Part shown: piece after piece, positions 1 through 8,491 of the stretch | Position numbering within the stretch: position 1 is the first letter of the stretch | Layout: every line of letters starts with the position of its first letter | IMG/VR virus record: IMGVR_UViG_3300017913_001833 | Location: 82,381 to 146,380 of that record | Direction: 5' to 3' (one strand) | From: a virus | Taxonomy: Duplodnaviria; Caudoviricetes | Length of the DNA stretch: 64,000 nt | Position numbers and translations under genes: made by a program | Notes under the pieces: model-generated | Database searches by the model: none | What the model was told of the DNA's origin: nothing | What the model saw: the letters and a program-made list of their open reading frames with translations, nothing else

Positions 1-594
1 GATCAAACGCACAAAGGTTTATTTAACAATTTTGTAAATGCAGAAATAGCACAGAGAAATTTGCATTCAGATCCCTTGTGGCAAAATATTTTGTTTATTG
101 AACCAGATAGAGATATATTTGCCATAATAGAAAATGAGAATATAAAAGCATGTATGGCAGTTGAATACATCCAAACAATGCCTTGGTGTATACACAACAC
201 ATTTATTATGCATTATGAACTAAATGCTTTCACTGGAATCAAATATACAAAAAAATTATATGAGCATGTTTTAAATTACGCTGAAACTAAAGGTATATGG
301 AGCCATTGGTATGCAAGAACTGACAAAATAGATCAAGCATTAAAAAGTGAAAAATATGAATATGAAGGAATAAAACAAATGTCAAGATATGGAAATATGT
401 TGGCGAAAGTTATAGGTGATAGATATACTATTGCAGATAGAGCATATGTCAAAGCAGGACATTTAACAGGAATACCTCTATACGATAGGCTAATGATAGG
501 CAAACCACTTCCATATGATGTAACACTACGGCAGATAACTATTAAACAATCAGCAGTAGCAGAAGGTTTTGGCGAGCGTATTACCTATGGCTAA
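1..594 (+). CDS. GNAT-fold-like protein, 5'-truncated (frame is open from base 1)
   Basis: Frame +1 has no stop from 1 to 594 (DQTHKGLFNNFVNAEIAQRNLHSDP...). The pattern DIFAIIENENIKACMAVEY...KKLYEHVLNYAETKG resembles the GNAT beta-strand/motif A helix; the acetyl-CoA motif is weak. Confidence 0.4.
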   Translation, partial: DQTHKGLFNNFVNAEIAQRNLHSDPLWQNILFIEPDRDIFAIIENENIKACMAVEYIQTMPWCIHNTFIMHYELNAFTGIKYTKKLYEHVLNYAETKGIWSHWYARTDKIDQALKSEKYEYEGIKQMSRYGNMLAKVIGDRYTIADRAYVKAGHLTGIPLYDRLMIGKPLPYDVTLRQITIKQSAVAEGFGERITYG

Positions 595-1726
595 CATATT
601 AATAAATTATCAAAGTTCAAGTCTAAGACATACAACTCAAGAATTAAACGAGCATAATCTATATTCATGGAGAGTGCTTAATAAAGATTTCACAAAACGC
701 ACTGCTAGAGAAATACATCCTAGCTTTATTGATAATATTGACATATATGATGACCCTAGACCTATTGTTGCAAAAAAGATCAAAGCCTATATGGCAGAAA
801 AAAATATTGATCTAATTTTTCCTTTGTACAATGATATGATGTTGCCTTACTTGTATGACAAAGTAGGCATAACTAAGAAACAGGCTAGTATTTTATCAAA
901 CAAAGAATACTACAGTAAATTAGCCCGCCAATTGCATATTCCTGTGCCTAAAACTTATACCAACGTCCATGATGCTACATTTCCTATAATTGCTAAGCCA
1001 GTTAATGGTACAGGCAGTATAGGCATAAAGGTCTTAACTGACTTTGATGATTTTGCACAATTTGTATCTGGCAAAGACTATCAGCATAATGATTTAGATC
1101 AATACTACATCTTCCAAGAATTTTTACAAGGTAAGACTGTAAGTTGTGCAGGTAGGATTGTAGACGGAGAATTGCTTTATGATATATCATATGAAATAGA
1201 ATCAAGTGCTTTACCTTATAGAGCAGAGACTGGATTTATCTTTTCTGCTGATATGGATCATGATAGTACATTACAATATTATATAGAAAAACTAGTTAAA
1301 GGATTAGGCTTAGATAACTGTTGCTGGATGGCTGACTTTTTATACAGTGATGGCGAATACTATTTGGTTGACTTTAGTGCCAGGCTTAGCACCAGTGCTC
1401 AAACACTTATTAAATATAGTGCTAATGTTGACTATAATAAAATTGTTGTTGATAGTTTACTATACAAAGACAAAACAAAAGTAGACTGCAAAAAAAGTGT
1501 AGTGTATAGGCATTTTAATTTACCAATGAGCGAATACAACACTGATATAGATGAGTGGCTTGTTGATGAAATACAATTACCTGCATACACTACATACCAA
1601 AATAGGATAGACATGTTGGTACAATATAATGGTTACGCAATAACTAGTGCAGAATCATTAGCAAAAGCAGAACATAAGCATAAAAAAGTAGTTCAAACTT
1701 TAGTAAAATCTCTTAATGTAATATAG
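587..1726 (+). CDS. ATP-grasp family ligase
   Basis: SNKEYYSKLARQLHIPVPK, FPIIAKPVNGTGSIGI, YIFQEFLQG and YLVDFSARLS are ATP-grasp motifs. ATG at 587 overlaps the end of the upstream gene and is preferred over TTG at 569. Confidence 0.85.
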   Translation: MANILINYQSSSLRHTTQELNEHNLYSWRVLNKDFTKRTAREIHPSFIDNIDIYDDPRPIVAKKIKAYMAEKNIDLIFPLYNDMMLPYLYDKVGITKKQASILSNKEYYSKLARQLHIPVPKTYTNVHDATFPIIAKPVNGTGSIGIKVLTDFDDFAQFVSGKDYQHNDLDQYYIFQEFLQGKTVSCAGRIVDGELLYDISYEIESSALPYRAETGFIFSADMDHDSTLQYYIEKLVKGLGLDNCCWMADFLYSDGEYYLVDFSARLSTSAQTLIKYSANVDYNKIVVDSLLYKDKTKVDCKKSVVYRHFNLPMSEYNTDIDEWLVDEIQLPAYTTYQNRIDMLVQYNGYAITSAESLAKAEHKHKKVVQTLVKSLNVI

Positions 1727-2397
1727 TCGGGGCGCAGATTTTTTGTGACTTTATTATCCAATCTATTGTAACAAACAAACAATACAGTCCTGTCATCATT
1801 GCTTAAATTAGCGTCACTAGCATGTAGAGTATTGGCATGCATTACTATGCAGTCTCCGGCATTAGCCACCAGCTGTAGGGCTTTATACGCTGTTTTAGAC
1901 GCCATTATTCCAAGGTTTTCGTCCGCACTATGTTTAATAGTCCATGAATCTGTTTCGAATTTTTCAACAGGTAAAGTATGTGATTCTGGCAATATTTGCA
2001 ATGGTCCATTATTGTCATGCATATCATCTAATATATACAGTACACTTATAGCATGAGGATTCGGCATGCCATCCATATTATGCCAATAAGTGTAATCGCT
2101 ATGCCAAGCAAACTCTCCGCCTGTTTGTGATTTTTTATAATTGAAATGACACTGGTGTATGTAAATATCATCACCTAATTGTTCTTTGATATATGGTATT
2201 GCAGGATTGTCGTATAGAAAATCATTTATTATTTCACTACGCCAATGCGGAGCAAATATGCTTCTAAGACTACCGTTGTTTTCTAGTATGTAAGTGTCAT
2301 CAGCAGTACTGTATTCTAAACGTTTTGCTTCTGCTTTAAGTGGTGTGGGATCAAAAATTCTTTGTAGAATTTCAAAGTCTTTATTCATGCAAGCCAT
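1693..2397 (-). CDS. PhyH/EctD-like Fe(II)/2-oxoglutarate dioxygenase
   Basis: FAWHSDYTYWHNMDGMP is close to the ectoine hydroxylase signature FxWHSDFETWHxEDG(M/L)P. Also NGPLQILPESH, AGDCIVMHANTLHAS and a distal R (DDRTVLF). Confidence 0.85.
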   Translation of the reverse strand: MACMNKDFEILQRIFDPTPLKAEAKRLEYSTADDTYILENNGSLRSIFAPHWRSEIINDFLYDNPAIPYIKEQLGDDIYIHQCHFNYKKSQTGGEFAWHSDYTYWHNMDGMPNPHAISVLYILDDMHDNNGPLQILPESHTLPVEKFETDSWTIKHSADENLGIMASKTAYKALQLVANAGDCIVMHANTLHASDANLSNDDRTVLFVCYNRLDNKVTKNLRPDYITLRDFTKV

Positions 2398-2416
2398 TCC
2401 AAGTCAGTAGTAAAAG

Positions 2417-2432
2417 TATTTATTGATAAATA
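2417..2432. promoter_or_regulatory. Back-to-back divergent T4-like late promoter cores (TATTTAT-TG-ATAAATA)
   Basis: Inverted pair of ATAAATA between two divergent genes, followed on + by an AGGAG Shine-Dalgarno sequence. Confidence 0.6.
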
Positions 2433-2449
2433 TATTTAGGAGACATGAT

Positions 2450-2824
2450 ATGAAAAAAGTTACCGTTAAATTTACTTCAGCTACAGATGACATTGAAACA
2501 TTTGTCACTGGGAAATTTGATAGCCTAGATGATGCAACTTTAGCAAGTCTGCATTCAACAATAGGTACAAACACAACTAATGGAAATATTTGGTTAAGAC
2601 ATTATTGCATTGAAGGTAGTCAAGCTCATATGATTTATATCCTAGATGATGCTGATGCAGTGACAGCAGTACAGCCTGCTCTAACACTAATGGCAGGTAT
2701 TGAAGGATATGTTGAAACTGTAACTGAAGATATGACTTTTGATGAATTCAGTGCTTATGCAGCAGATCACAGAGAAACTGAAATCGTACATGCACGTAAA
2801 ACTGCATTAGATGAGGCTAGTTAA
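2450..2824 (+). CDS. Acidic hypothetical protein (124 aa)
   Basis: AGGAG at 2438-2442 precedes ATG at 2450; no recognisable motif. Confidence 0.7.
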   Translation: MKKVTVKFTSATDDIETFVTGKFDSLDDATLASLHSTIGTNTTNGNIWLRHYCIEGSQAHMIYILDDADAVTAVQPALTLMAGIEGYVETVTEDMTFDEFSAYAADHRETEIVHARKTALDEAS

Positions 2825-3661
2825 TAGCTCTTTAACTTCTATTTCGTAAACACCATTATACAGTAATCTTACATCTTCAATACTAGAAAATACCTGTTCC
2901 ATTATAGGAGATTCTTCTAGCATTTCCCATCCTGTATATTTTTGTCTAGGAACAAAATTATAATTAGTAGAATAAAGTTTATGCTTGCTAGTCCGTGTGC
3001 TTAGTTTACCCGGACGTTGGTTGTTAACAAGTTCTTGTATTATAGGATCTCTCGCGAATGCAACTACCATTTCGGGAGTGTAACGTAAAAAGTCTGGTGT
3101 GCCGTCTATGTTGTTTATTTCATACCAACGGTTATAAGAATTTACTCTTTCAGTTTCTTGCCATTTCCATATACCGTCATAATTTTTGAAGTACGGTTCA
3201 CCATTGGCCATAATCACAGTCCCAGACACTTTAGTAATACCTTTCATAACAGGAATCATTTGATAAGCGCAACATTGAGCTTTGTGTGCAATGTCTTTAA
3301 ATTCTCCGCTGTATACTAAATCTTCAACATCAACATTTATTACTTGTGGAGTAATGCCATTAATTTTACAAAAATCATATGCATAATTTGTATCATGCTC
3401 GTTCCAGTGTCCGTAATCTATTATTGCTACATCAAATTGTATGCCTGCAGACTGGAAAACTCTGATCATAAACTCGCTGTCAATACCTCCGCTAAATAGA
3501 ATAGTAAGAGAGTGTAGTGCAGTTTGCTCAACAAGTTTTGCGGATCTGATACATTCATTAGTAAATGAATCTATTATATTGTTTTTACACTTGTCCAAAT
3601 GAACTGTCCAGCTACTGCCATTACCTGATTGTTTGAAATAATTATTATAAGAAAGATCCAT
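2807..3661 (-). CDS. PP-loop (adenine nucleotide alpha-hydrolase) superfamily ATP pyrophosphatase
   Basis: TILFSGGIDSE PP-loop motif, followed by FDVAIIDY and VIMANGEP. Confidence 0.7.
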   Translation of the reverse strand: MDLSYNNYFKQSGNGSSWTVHLDKCKNNIIDSFTNECIRSAKLVEQTALHSLTILFSGGIDSEFMIRVFQSAGIQFDVAIIDYGHWNEHDTNYAYDFCKINGITPQVINVDVEDLVYSGEFKDIAHKAQCCAYQMIPVMKGITKVSGTVIMANGEPYFKNYDGIWKWQETERVNSYNRWYEINNIDGTPDFLRYTPEMVVAFARDPIIQELVNNQRPGKLSTRTSKHKLYSTNYNFVPRQKYTGWEMLEESPIMEQVFSSIEDVRLLYNGVYEIEVKELLTSLI

Positions 3662-4333
3662 ATGAAAGCATTTAGTCCAATAGATTATAAGTTCGACAAA
3701 GAAGCAATTTACAAAGACTTAATGGAAATGAAAATCTTCGACAAAAGTTTCCTTGCTACAGTTATTTACAAAGACGGCAGGAGTAAGTATGATAAAGCTG
3801 GTGTGTTTGACAAGTATGAAGATGTAACACATTATGATGAGGAGGGCGAACTTGTAAAAGGCGATTACAATACCTTTGTAACATATAACTTTACACAGTG
3901 TCCTGATATTCCTGAAACAGCAGACAACAGTTTTACAGAGACTGAAGATGGTAGAAAACCTGTTTGGCATGTGTATGATCTACCGTGGTTCTGGAAAAGC
4001 AACACTCCAAAAAGTATAAAAGAGGCTGTCAACAATTTAGGATTATCTTATATAACTTGTGTAAGGCTAGTAGGACAAACACCTCCTAGTAAAGGCATTG
4101 TTCATGTAGACGCAGATTACAAAGACAATTTACGTTACTACAAAAAAGGCGGAGTAAGTATTACTCTTAACATAAGCGATGGTGGTGGACATCTACAATA
4201 CCTTACTCCTCAAGGTATGCAAGAAGTAGATGAATCTTTATACGACTGTTGGCATTTCAATGATGCACTACAACATAGGACTACAGAAATTACAAGCCCT
4301 AGAATACAAATTAGAGTATTTGGAAGAAAATGA
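3662..4333 (+). CDS. Putative Fe(II)/2OG dioxygenase (cupin/DSBH fold)
   Basis: VHVD...WHFNDALQH...PRIQIRVFG gives an HxD...H triad plus distal Arg. ATG at 3662 is preferred over TTG at 3629. Confidence 0.65.
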   Translation: MKAFSPIDYKFDKEAIYKDLMEMKIFDKSFLATVIYKDGRSKYDKAGVFDKYEDVTHYDEEGELVKGDYNTFVTYNFTQCPDIPETADNSFTETEDGRKPVWHVYDLPWFWKSNTPKSIKEAVNNLGLSYITCVRLVGQTPPSKGIVHVDADYKDNLRYYKKGGVSITLNISDGGGHLQYLTPQGMQEVDESLYDCWHFNDALQHRTTEITSPRIQIRVFGRK

Positions 4334-5040
4334 CAGACTGGCGCAATTTAGTTTTTTCACCATTAGACTTGCCAAGTCCACCCGAAGTAGATATGGATGC
4401 TTTTATCGAGTGGCATGCTAAACAGAAAAAGTTTATGCTACAACATAATCAAAACAAAGTCAACAGTACAAATATATACGGAGGCTATTGTTGGCACATA
4501 AGTTGGGCAATCTGGTGGAATACATATAAATTAGACAACCCTTGGATTTGCGGCTTTGAGAAATATTTTCCTGAGCTAGTCGACTATATAAACATGTTTC
4601 CTTTTACGCAAATAAAAAGTATCAGTTTCCTTAATCAGATAGGAGGCGCAAAAGTTGAACCTCATAGTGATCCTGATAAAATGTGGGGTATGCGTTTTTA
4701 CTTAAAAAATAAAACCAAAGATGCTCTATACTTTAGTAGAATGAAAGAACCTCGTAATGAACGCATAGCAACAATGGAAGATGCAGATGGCAATCCTTTA
4801 AGCAAACGTAGAGATCATTTAGATTTTTGTAGAGATGAAAAAATTTATGCACGTTTTCCTAAAGACGAATGTGCTTGGATGCTTAACAGTTACAGAGCAT
4901 GGCATGGTTTAGATGAAAACGCTTCACCAACAGGAAGCAGAATTACATGTGCTATAATCGGCGACTACGACAAAGACAAACTTTTTAACTTGCTAGACTC
5001 AAGCACAAAAGAATATAAAGATTATCAAATTTGGTTTTAA
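4330..5040 (+). CDS. Putative Fe(II)/2OG dioxygenase
   Basis: PHSD...AWMLNSYRAWHG...SRITCAIIG; ATGA overlap with the upstream gene. Confidence 0.65.
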   Translation: MTDWRNLVFSPLDLPSPPEVDMDAFIEWHAKQKKFMLQHNQNKVNSTNIYGGYCWHISWAIWWNTYKLDNPWICGFEKYFPELVDYINMFPFTQIKSISFLNQIGGAKVEPHSDPDKMWGMRFYLKNKTKDALYFSRMKEPRNERIATMEDADGNPLSKRRDHLDFCRDEKIYARFPKDECAWMLNSYRAWHGLDENASPTGSRITCAIIGDYDKDKLFNLLDSSTKEYKDYQIWF

Positions 5041-5041
5041 C

Positions 5042-5662
5042 ATGACAATACTATACACACCTTTAGATTTACCAGCACTAGACTTTGACAGAGAAGAATT
5101 TATAAAATGGCACGAAGCAAAAAGATGGCGTAACAGAGATAACATTAATTACGACACAAAAGATTTTATTGCTCCGTGGTTAGTAAGTTTTGCGTATCAT
5201 AAAGACTATGGTTGGTGTAACAGATTTATGAAAGTCATTCCAAACTTTCAAGACATATTGTACAATCATCTTCCATACTATGATATTACATATGTAAACT
5301 TTTTAGAACAAAAGATTCCTTGTCAACTACATCAAGATGTTGGCAGTCGTCCTGAAAGAGAAGACGAACCAGGTGCATACAAAGCATTTATGGTTTATGA
5401 TGCACCATTAATGTATTTCCAAGTAGGAGAAGATAAGAAAAATCTTAGTGAAGAAAAGTTATATATTCAACATCCTAATGAACTTACGAAATGGTTTGCA
5501 ATTAATAACTATGATGCATACCATGCAGCTGACTTGCCAAGCAAGGGTCAACGCAAAATTATAATGACAATATTAGGAAAATTAGATAAAGAAAAACACA
5601 AACAGATACTAGATAGAAGTTTAGAAAAGTATAAAGATTATCTAATTACCTGTAAAACTTAA
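5042..5662 (+). CDS. Putative Fe(II)/2OG dioxygenase, paralogue of 4330-5040
   Basis: LHQD...WFAINNYDAYHA...RKIIMTILG. Shares the N-terminal PLDLP..D...FI.WH and C-terminal G..DK.K...LD.S...YKDY with the preceding gene. Confidence 0.65.
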   Translation: MTILYTPLDLPALDFDREEFIKWHEAKRWRNRDNINYDTKDFIAPWLVSFAYHKDYGWCNRFMKVIPNFQDILYNHLPYYDITYVNFLEQKIPCQLHQDVGSRPEREDEPGAYKAFMVYDAPLMYFQVGEDKKNLSEEKLYIQHPNELTKWFAINNYDAYHAADLPSKGQRKIIMTILGKLDKEKHKQILDRSLEKYKDYLITCKT

Positions 5663-6254
5663 TTAGATCAAATTGGTCGGGCTTTTTATTTCTACTGCTT
5701 ATTGCAATATCAGGTTTTACATTAGCATGATCCCAACCTAGTTCTACTCCATCCTTATATACTTTTCTAATTGGATCTGTGTCTAATTGATCTATATATC
5801 CTATACCAAGAATAATGGCGGCTGTTTTTCCAGACCTATCTAATTTTTTTGCAACTTTACCAGGTTCAATACATCCACAAAAGCCTGTTTGTAAACCTAT
5901 TTCTTCGGCGGCAACCATTGCTATTGTTGCACTTACTATACAGTCTGCATATGTTTCTTTATCTTTATCAGATGCTATCCATGTTAAAATCACAGGAGCA
6001 AGAACTTGTCCGTTGTACCTTCTTACACCATCGCCTTCTGCGCCTCTTACTCCATTTAGGCAACAGGTATTTTTATAGTATAACCAATTTTTAAATTCTT
6101 CTGATTTAGAAACAAAAACTTCATATTCAAAATTTCCATTTTTAGATGGAGCATTGTAAAGACAATCTAGAACGTATTTTAATTTTTTATCCTCAACTTG
6201 AGAATCACTCCACCATTTTGCAGTTATACGTTTTTGTAAAAGGTCTTTTATCAT
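5646..6254 (-). CDS. Nitroreductase-family flavoprotein
   Basis: LQKRITAKWW, APSKNG, AMVAAEEIGLQTGFCGC and ILGIGY are nitroreductase FMN-binding motifs. Confidence 0.8.
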   Translation of the reverse strand: MIKDLLQKRITAKWWSDSQVEDKKLKYVLDCLYNAPSKNGNFEYEVFVSKSEEFKNWLYYKNTCCLNGVRGAEGDGVRRYNGQVLAPVILTWIASDKDKETYADCIVSATIAMVAAEEIGLQTGFCGCIEPGKVAKKLDRSGKTAAIILGIGYIDQLDTDPIRKVYKDGVELGWDHANVKPDIAISSRNKKPDQFDLIKFYR

Positions 6255-7720
6255 GCTAGTGTCTTTTGTAAATAATCTTGTATAGCTTTACGCTTTGTAT
6301 TCTTCAAGTATTTATGAGGTAATTTTTTGCGTAAGCCCGAGTAGTCTTGGTAGTGCTTTTCTAAATCTAATCCTAAACTAGTCACACTACCACATACCCA
6401 GCCTGCTACTTTTTGATAACTGTCATCCATCTGTCTTAATTCTTCTGCAAGTTTTCCTGCTTTTATAGCATTCATGTGTTCATTTTTCCATACTGTCATC
6501 CATGCATTTGTTTTACTTGCAAGTGTATTTTTTAGTAGACGTTTTTGCTTATGTACTTTATACCCATACTTTTCAGGATTACGATCAATTGGGCTATGAT
6601 ATTCGTGATGTTCTTTTGAATGTATTAGTAATGGATACCATTGCCAAAAGTCTATATTAGGATCTGAAACTACACGTTCTCTACTTTCTCTAATACTTGA
6701 TTCGCTTTCATGAGGTAATCCAACAATTAAGTTTATCTGTGTTTTTACTTGCCCTTTACTTTTTTGCTTCATATCAGCTATAGCATCTAGCACTTTGTCT
6801 ACTGTATAGCCTTTTTGCACTGCTTGTCTTGTTTGTTTGTTATAACTTTCAATACCGAAACTTGCTCCTCGTAATCCTGATTCAACTAGTAAATCTATTT
6901 GGTCGGGCCACCTTACTAACAATTCTGGTTTGATATATGTATCAAAATTTATGTTGAAAGGTAAACTACTTATAACTTCGTGCATAAGTTCTAATTTAAC
7001 CATACTATCGTTATATGTATCGTCCATAAACCAATAATTTGTTGTACCAAATTTTTCATAGTTACGCATAAATTCTGTATACATATCTTCTTTAGCACGG
7101 ATATAATCAAACTTATTTTTGTTGTTAAGCGGAAAATTACAGAAACTACAATTAAAAATGCATCCTCTGGCTATTTCCATAGGTAAACTTTGATGCGGTG
7201 TGATGTAATCTTCTGCTTTCCATAGAACAGGTATATTACTAATATCTTTTCTATCATAATTGTGATTACTATCAACTATTTTCTTACCTTTGTAGTCTCT
7301 AAATTTTAGATTTGTATCTTTGCCGTCAAGGTATTTTGTTAATGCTACTGTTGCATCGTCTGCATATCCTGTAACGAATATATCTGCAAAGTCTAAAAAT
7401 TCTACCATTGCTTTTGCACCGCCAATTACAAATGGTACTTTATATTGTTGGCGAAGATTTGTAAAGAATAATTTTCTTTCTTGTAATAGTTGAGATGTGT
7501 TAAAAAATGTTGTGCTGAATCCTACCCATAGTGTATCTTGACTAACATATTTGTCAAACGCTTGTTGTATATTTTCATTAGACATGCTATGGAAATGGTC
7601 AATTACTTTGACTCTGTATCCATTCATCTCTAATTCTGTGCGTATCCTGTACGCTCCTAAAGCTCGAAAATATGTAGACTCTGATAAATCAATACCAGTA
7701 AAGATTACAGCATGATACAT
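6251..7720 (-). CDS. Cobalamin-binding (class B-like) radical SAM enzyme
   Basis: N-terminal B12-binding-like domain (LGAYRIRTEL, VGFSTTF, FVIGG); EIARGCIFNCSFC, FMDDTYN, SFGIES, LIVGLPHES. Start set at ATG 7720 (TAATG overlap with the desaturase stop). Confidence 0.9.
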   Translation of the reverse strand: MYHAVIFTGIDLSESTYFRALGAYRIRTELEMNGYRVKVIDHFHSMSNENIQQAFDKYVSQDTLWVGFSTTFFNTSQLLQERKLFFTNLRQQYKVPFVIGGAKAMVEFLDFADIFVTGYADDATVALTKYLDGKDTNLKFRDYKGKKIVDSNHNYDRKDISNIPVLWKAEDYITPHQSLPMEIARGCIFNCSFCNFPLNNKNKFDYIRAKEDMYTEFMRNYEKFGTTNYWFMDDTYNDSMVKLELMHEVISSLPFNINFDTYIKPELLVRWPDQIDLLVESGLRGASFGIESYNKQTRQAVQKGYTVDKVLDAIADMKQKSKGQVKTQINLIVGLPHESESSIRESRERVVSDPNIDFWQWYPLLIHSKEHHEYHSPIDRNPEKYGYKVHKQKRLLKNTLASKTNAWMTVWKNEHMNAIKAGKLAEELRQMDDSYQKVAGWVCGSVTSLGLDLEKHYQDYSGLRKKLPHKYLKNTKRKAIQDYLQKTLA

Positions 7721-8472
7721 TATGTTTTGATTAGTTTGATTACCCAAGCACTTGGGTCTAATTCCCACCATTTGTGTTGAAAGTTCCATCTACCAGGTTT
7801 AGCATGATGATTGTTATGCCAACCTTCACCCCATGTAATAAGTGCAAGCCACCAAGTGTTACGGCTGTCTTCTTTTGTTTCGTAGTTTCTATATCCCCAC
7901 ATGTGATTTATGTAGTTGCTTAGAACACTGATCCAAATTTGTATTCCCATTGGAATAATACCTGCAAATATTAAAACATTTATGCCGCCTGCAATGTATA
8001 AAACTGCAAGCCATACAAGTAGTATAGCATAATAATAATTATGAAGCAAGAGATGAAATTTATCAGTGATAAGTTTTCTTACTGACCATTTATTCATTTC
8101 AAATTCATACTTAGGTATTAACACATTCCACACACCGAGATGCGGACTATGTGGATCTCCATCTTTATCAGCATTTTTATGATGATCATTGTGTATAGCA
8201 ACCCATCCAATACTACTCCCTGTTCCGCCTATAGCACCAAAAAAGGAAAACAAATATTCCATCCACTTATATCTAAATTTAAATGATCTATGTGTCAGAT
8301 AGCGATGAAATGTAACTGTAATACCTAAACATCCTGTTAAAAAATAGACAGCAATACTTAATGCCCACCATGATAGACTAGGTGCAAAGAACAGCATATA
8401 AACAATAGCCAATGTTGCTACTGCCTGTATGTATGGGAAGTAGGTTGTATTTGCTCTAAAAATGTCTCTCAT
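7720..8472 (-). CDS. Membrane delta-9-type fatty acid desaturase
   Basis: Three His boxes HRYLTH, HNDHH and GEGWHNNHH; DGDPHSP; hydrophobic transmembrane segments. Confidence 0.93.
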   Translation of the reverse strand: MRDIFRANTTYFPYIQAVATLAIVYMLFFAPSLSWWALSIAVYFLTGCLGITVTFHRYLTHRSFKFRYKWMEYLFSFFGAIGGTGSSIGWVAIHNDHHKNADKDGDPHSPHLGVWNVLIPKYEFEMNKWSVRKLITDKFHLLLHNYYYAILLVWLAVLYIAGGINVLIFAGIIPMGIQIWISVLSNYINHMWGYRNYETKEDSRNTWWLALITWGEGWHNNHHAKPGRWNFQHKWWELDPSAWVIKLIKT

Positions 8473-8477
8473 GATAA

Positions 8478-8484
8478 TATTTAT
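8478..8484 (-). promoter_or_regulatory. T4-like late promoter core ATAAATA, 5 nt before the desaturase ATG
   Basis: Minus strand reads GATAAATA-TTATC-ATG; there is no room for a Shine-Dalgarno sequence. Confidence 0.6.
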
Positions 8485-8491
8485 CCTGGTT

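Noticed and set aside
1693-2397. Assigning the gene symbol ectD
   Set aside because: The signature differs at several conserved positions, the protein is shorter than typical EctD, and no ectoine synthesis genes are nearby.
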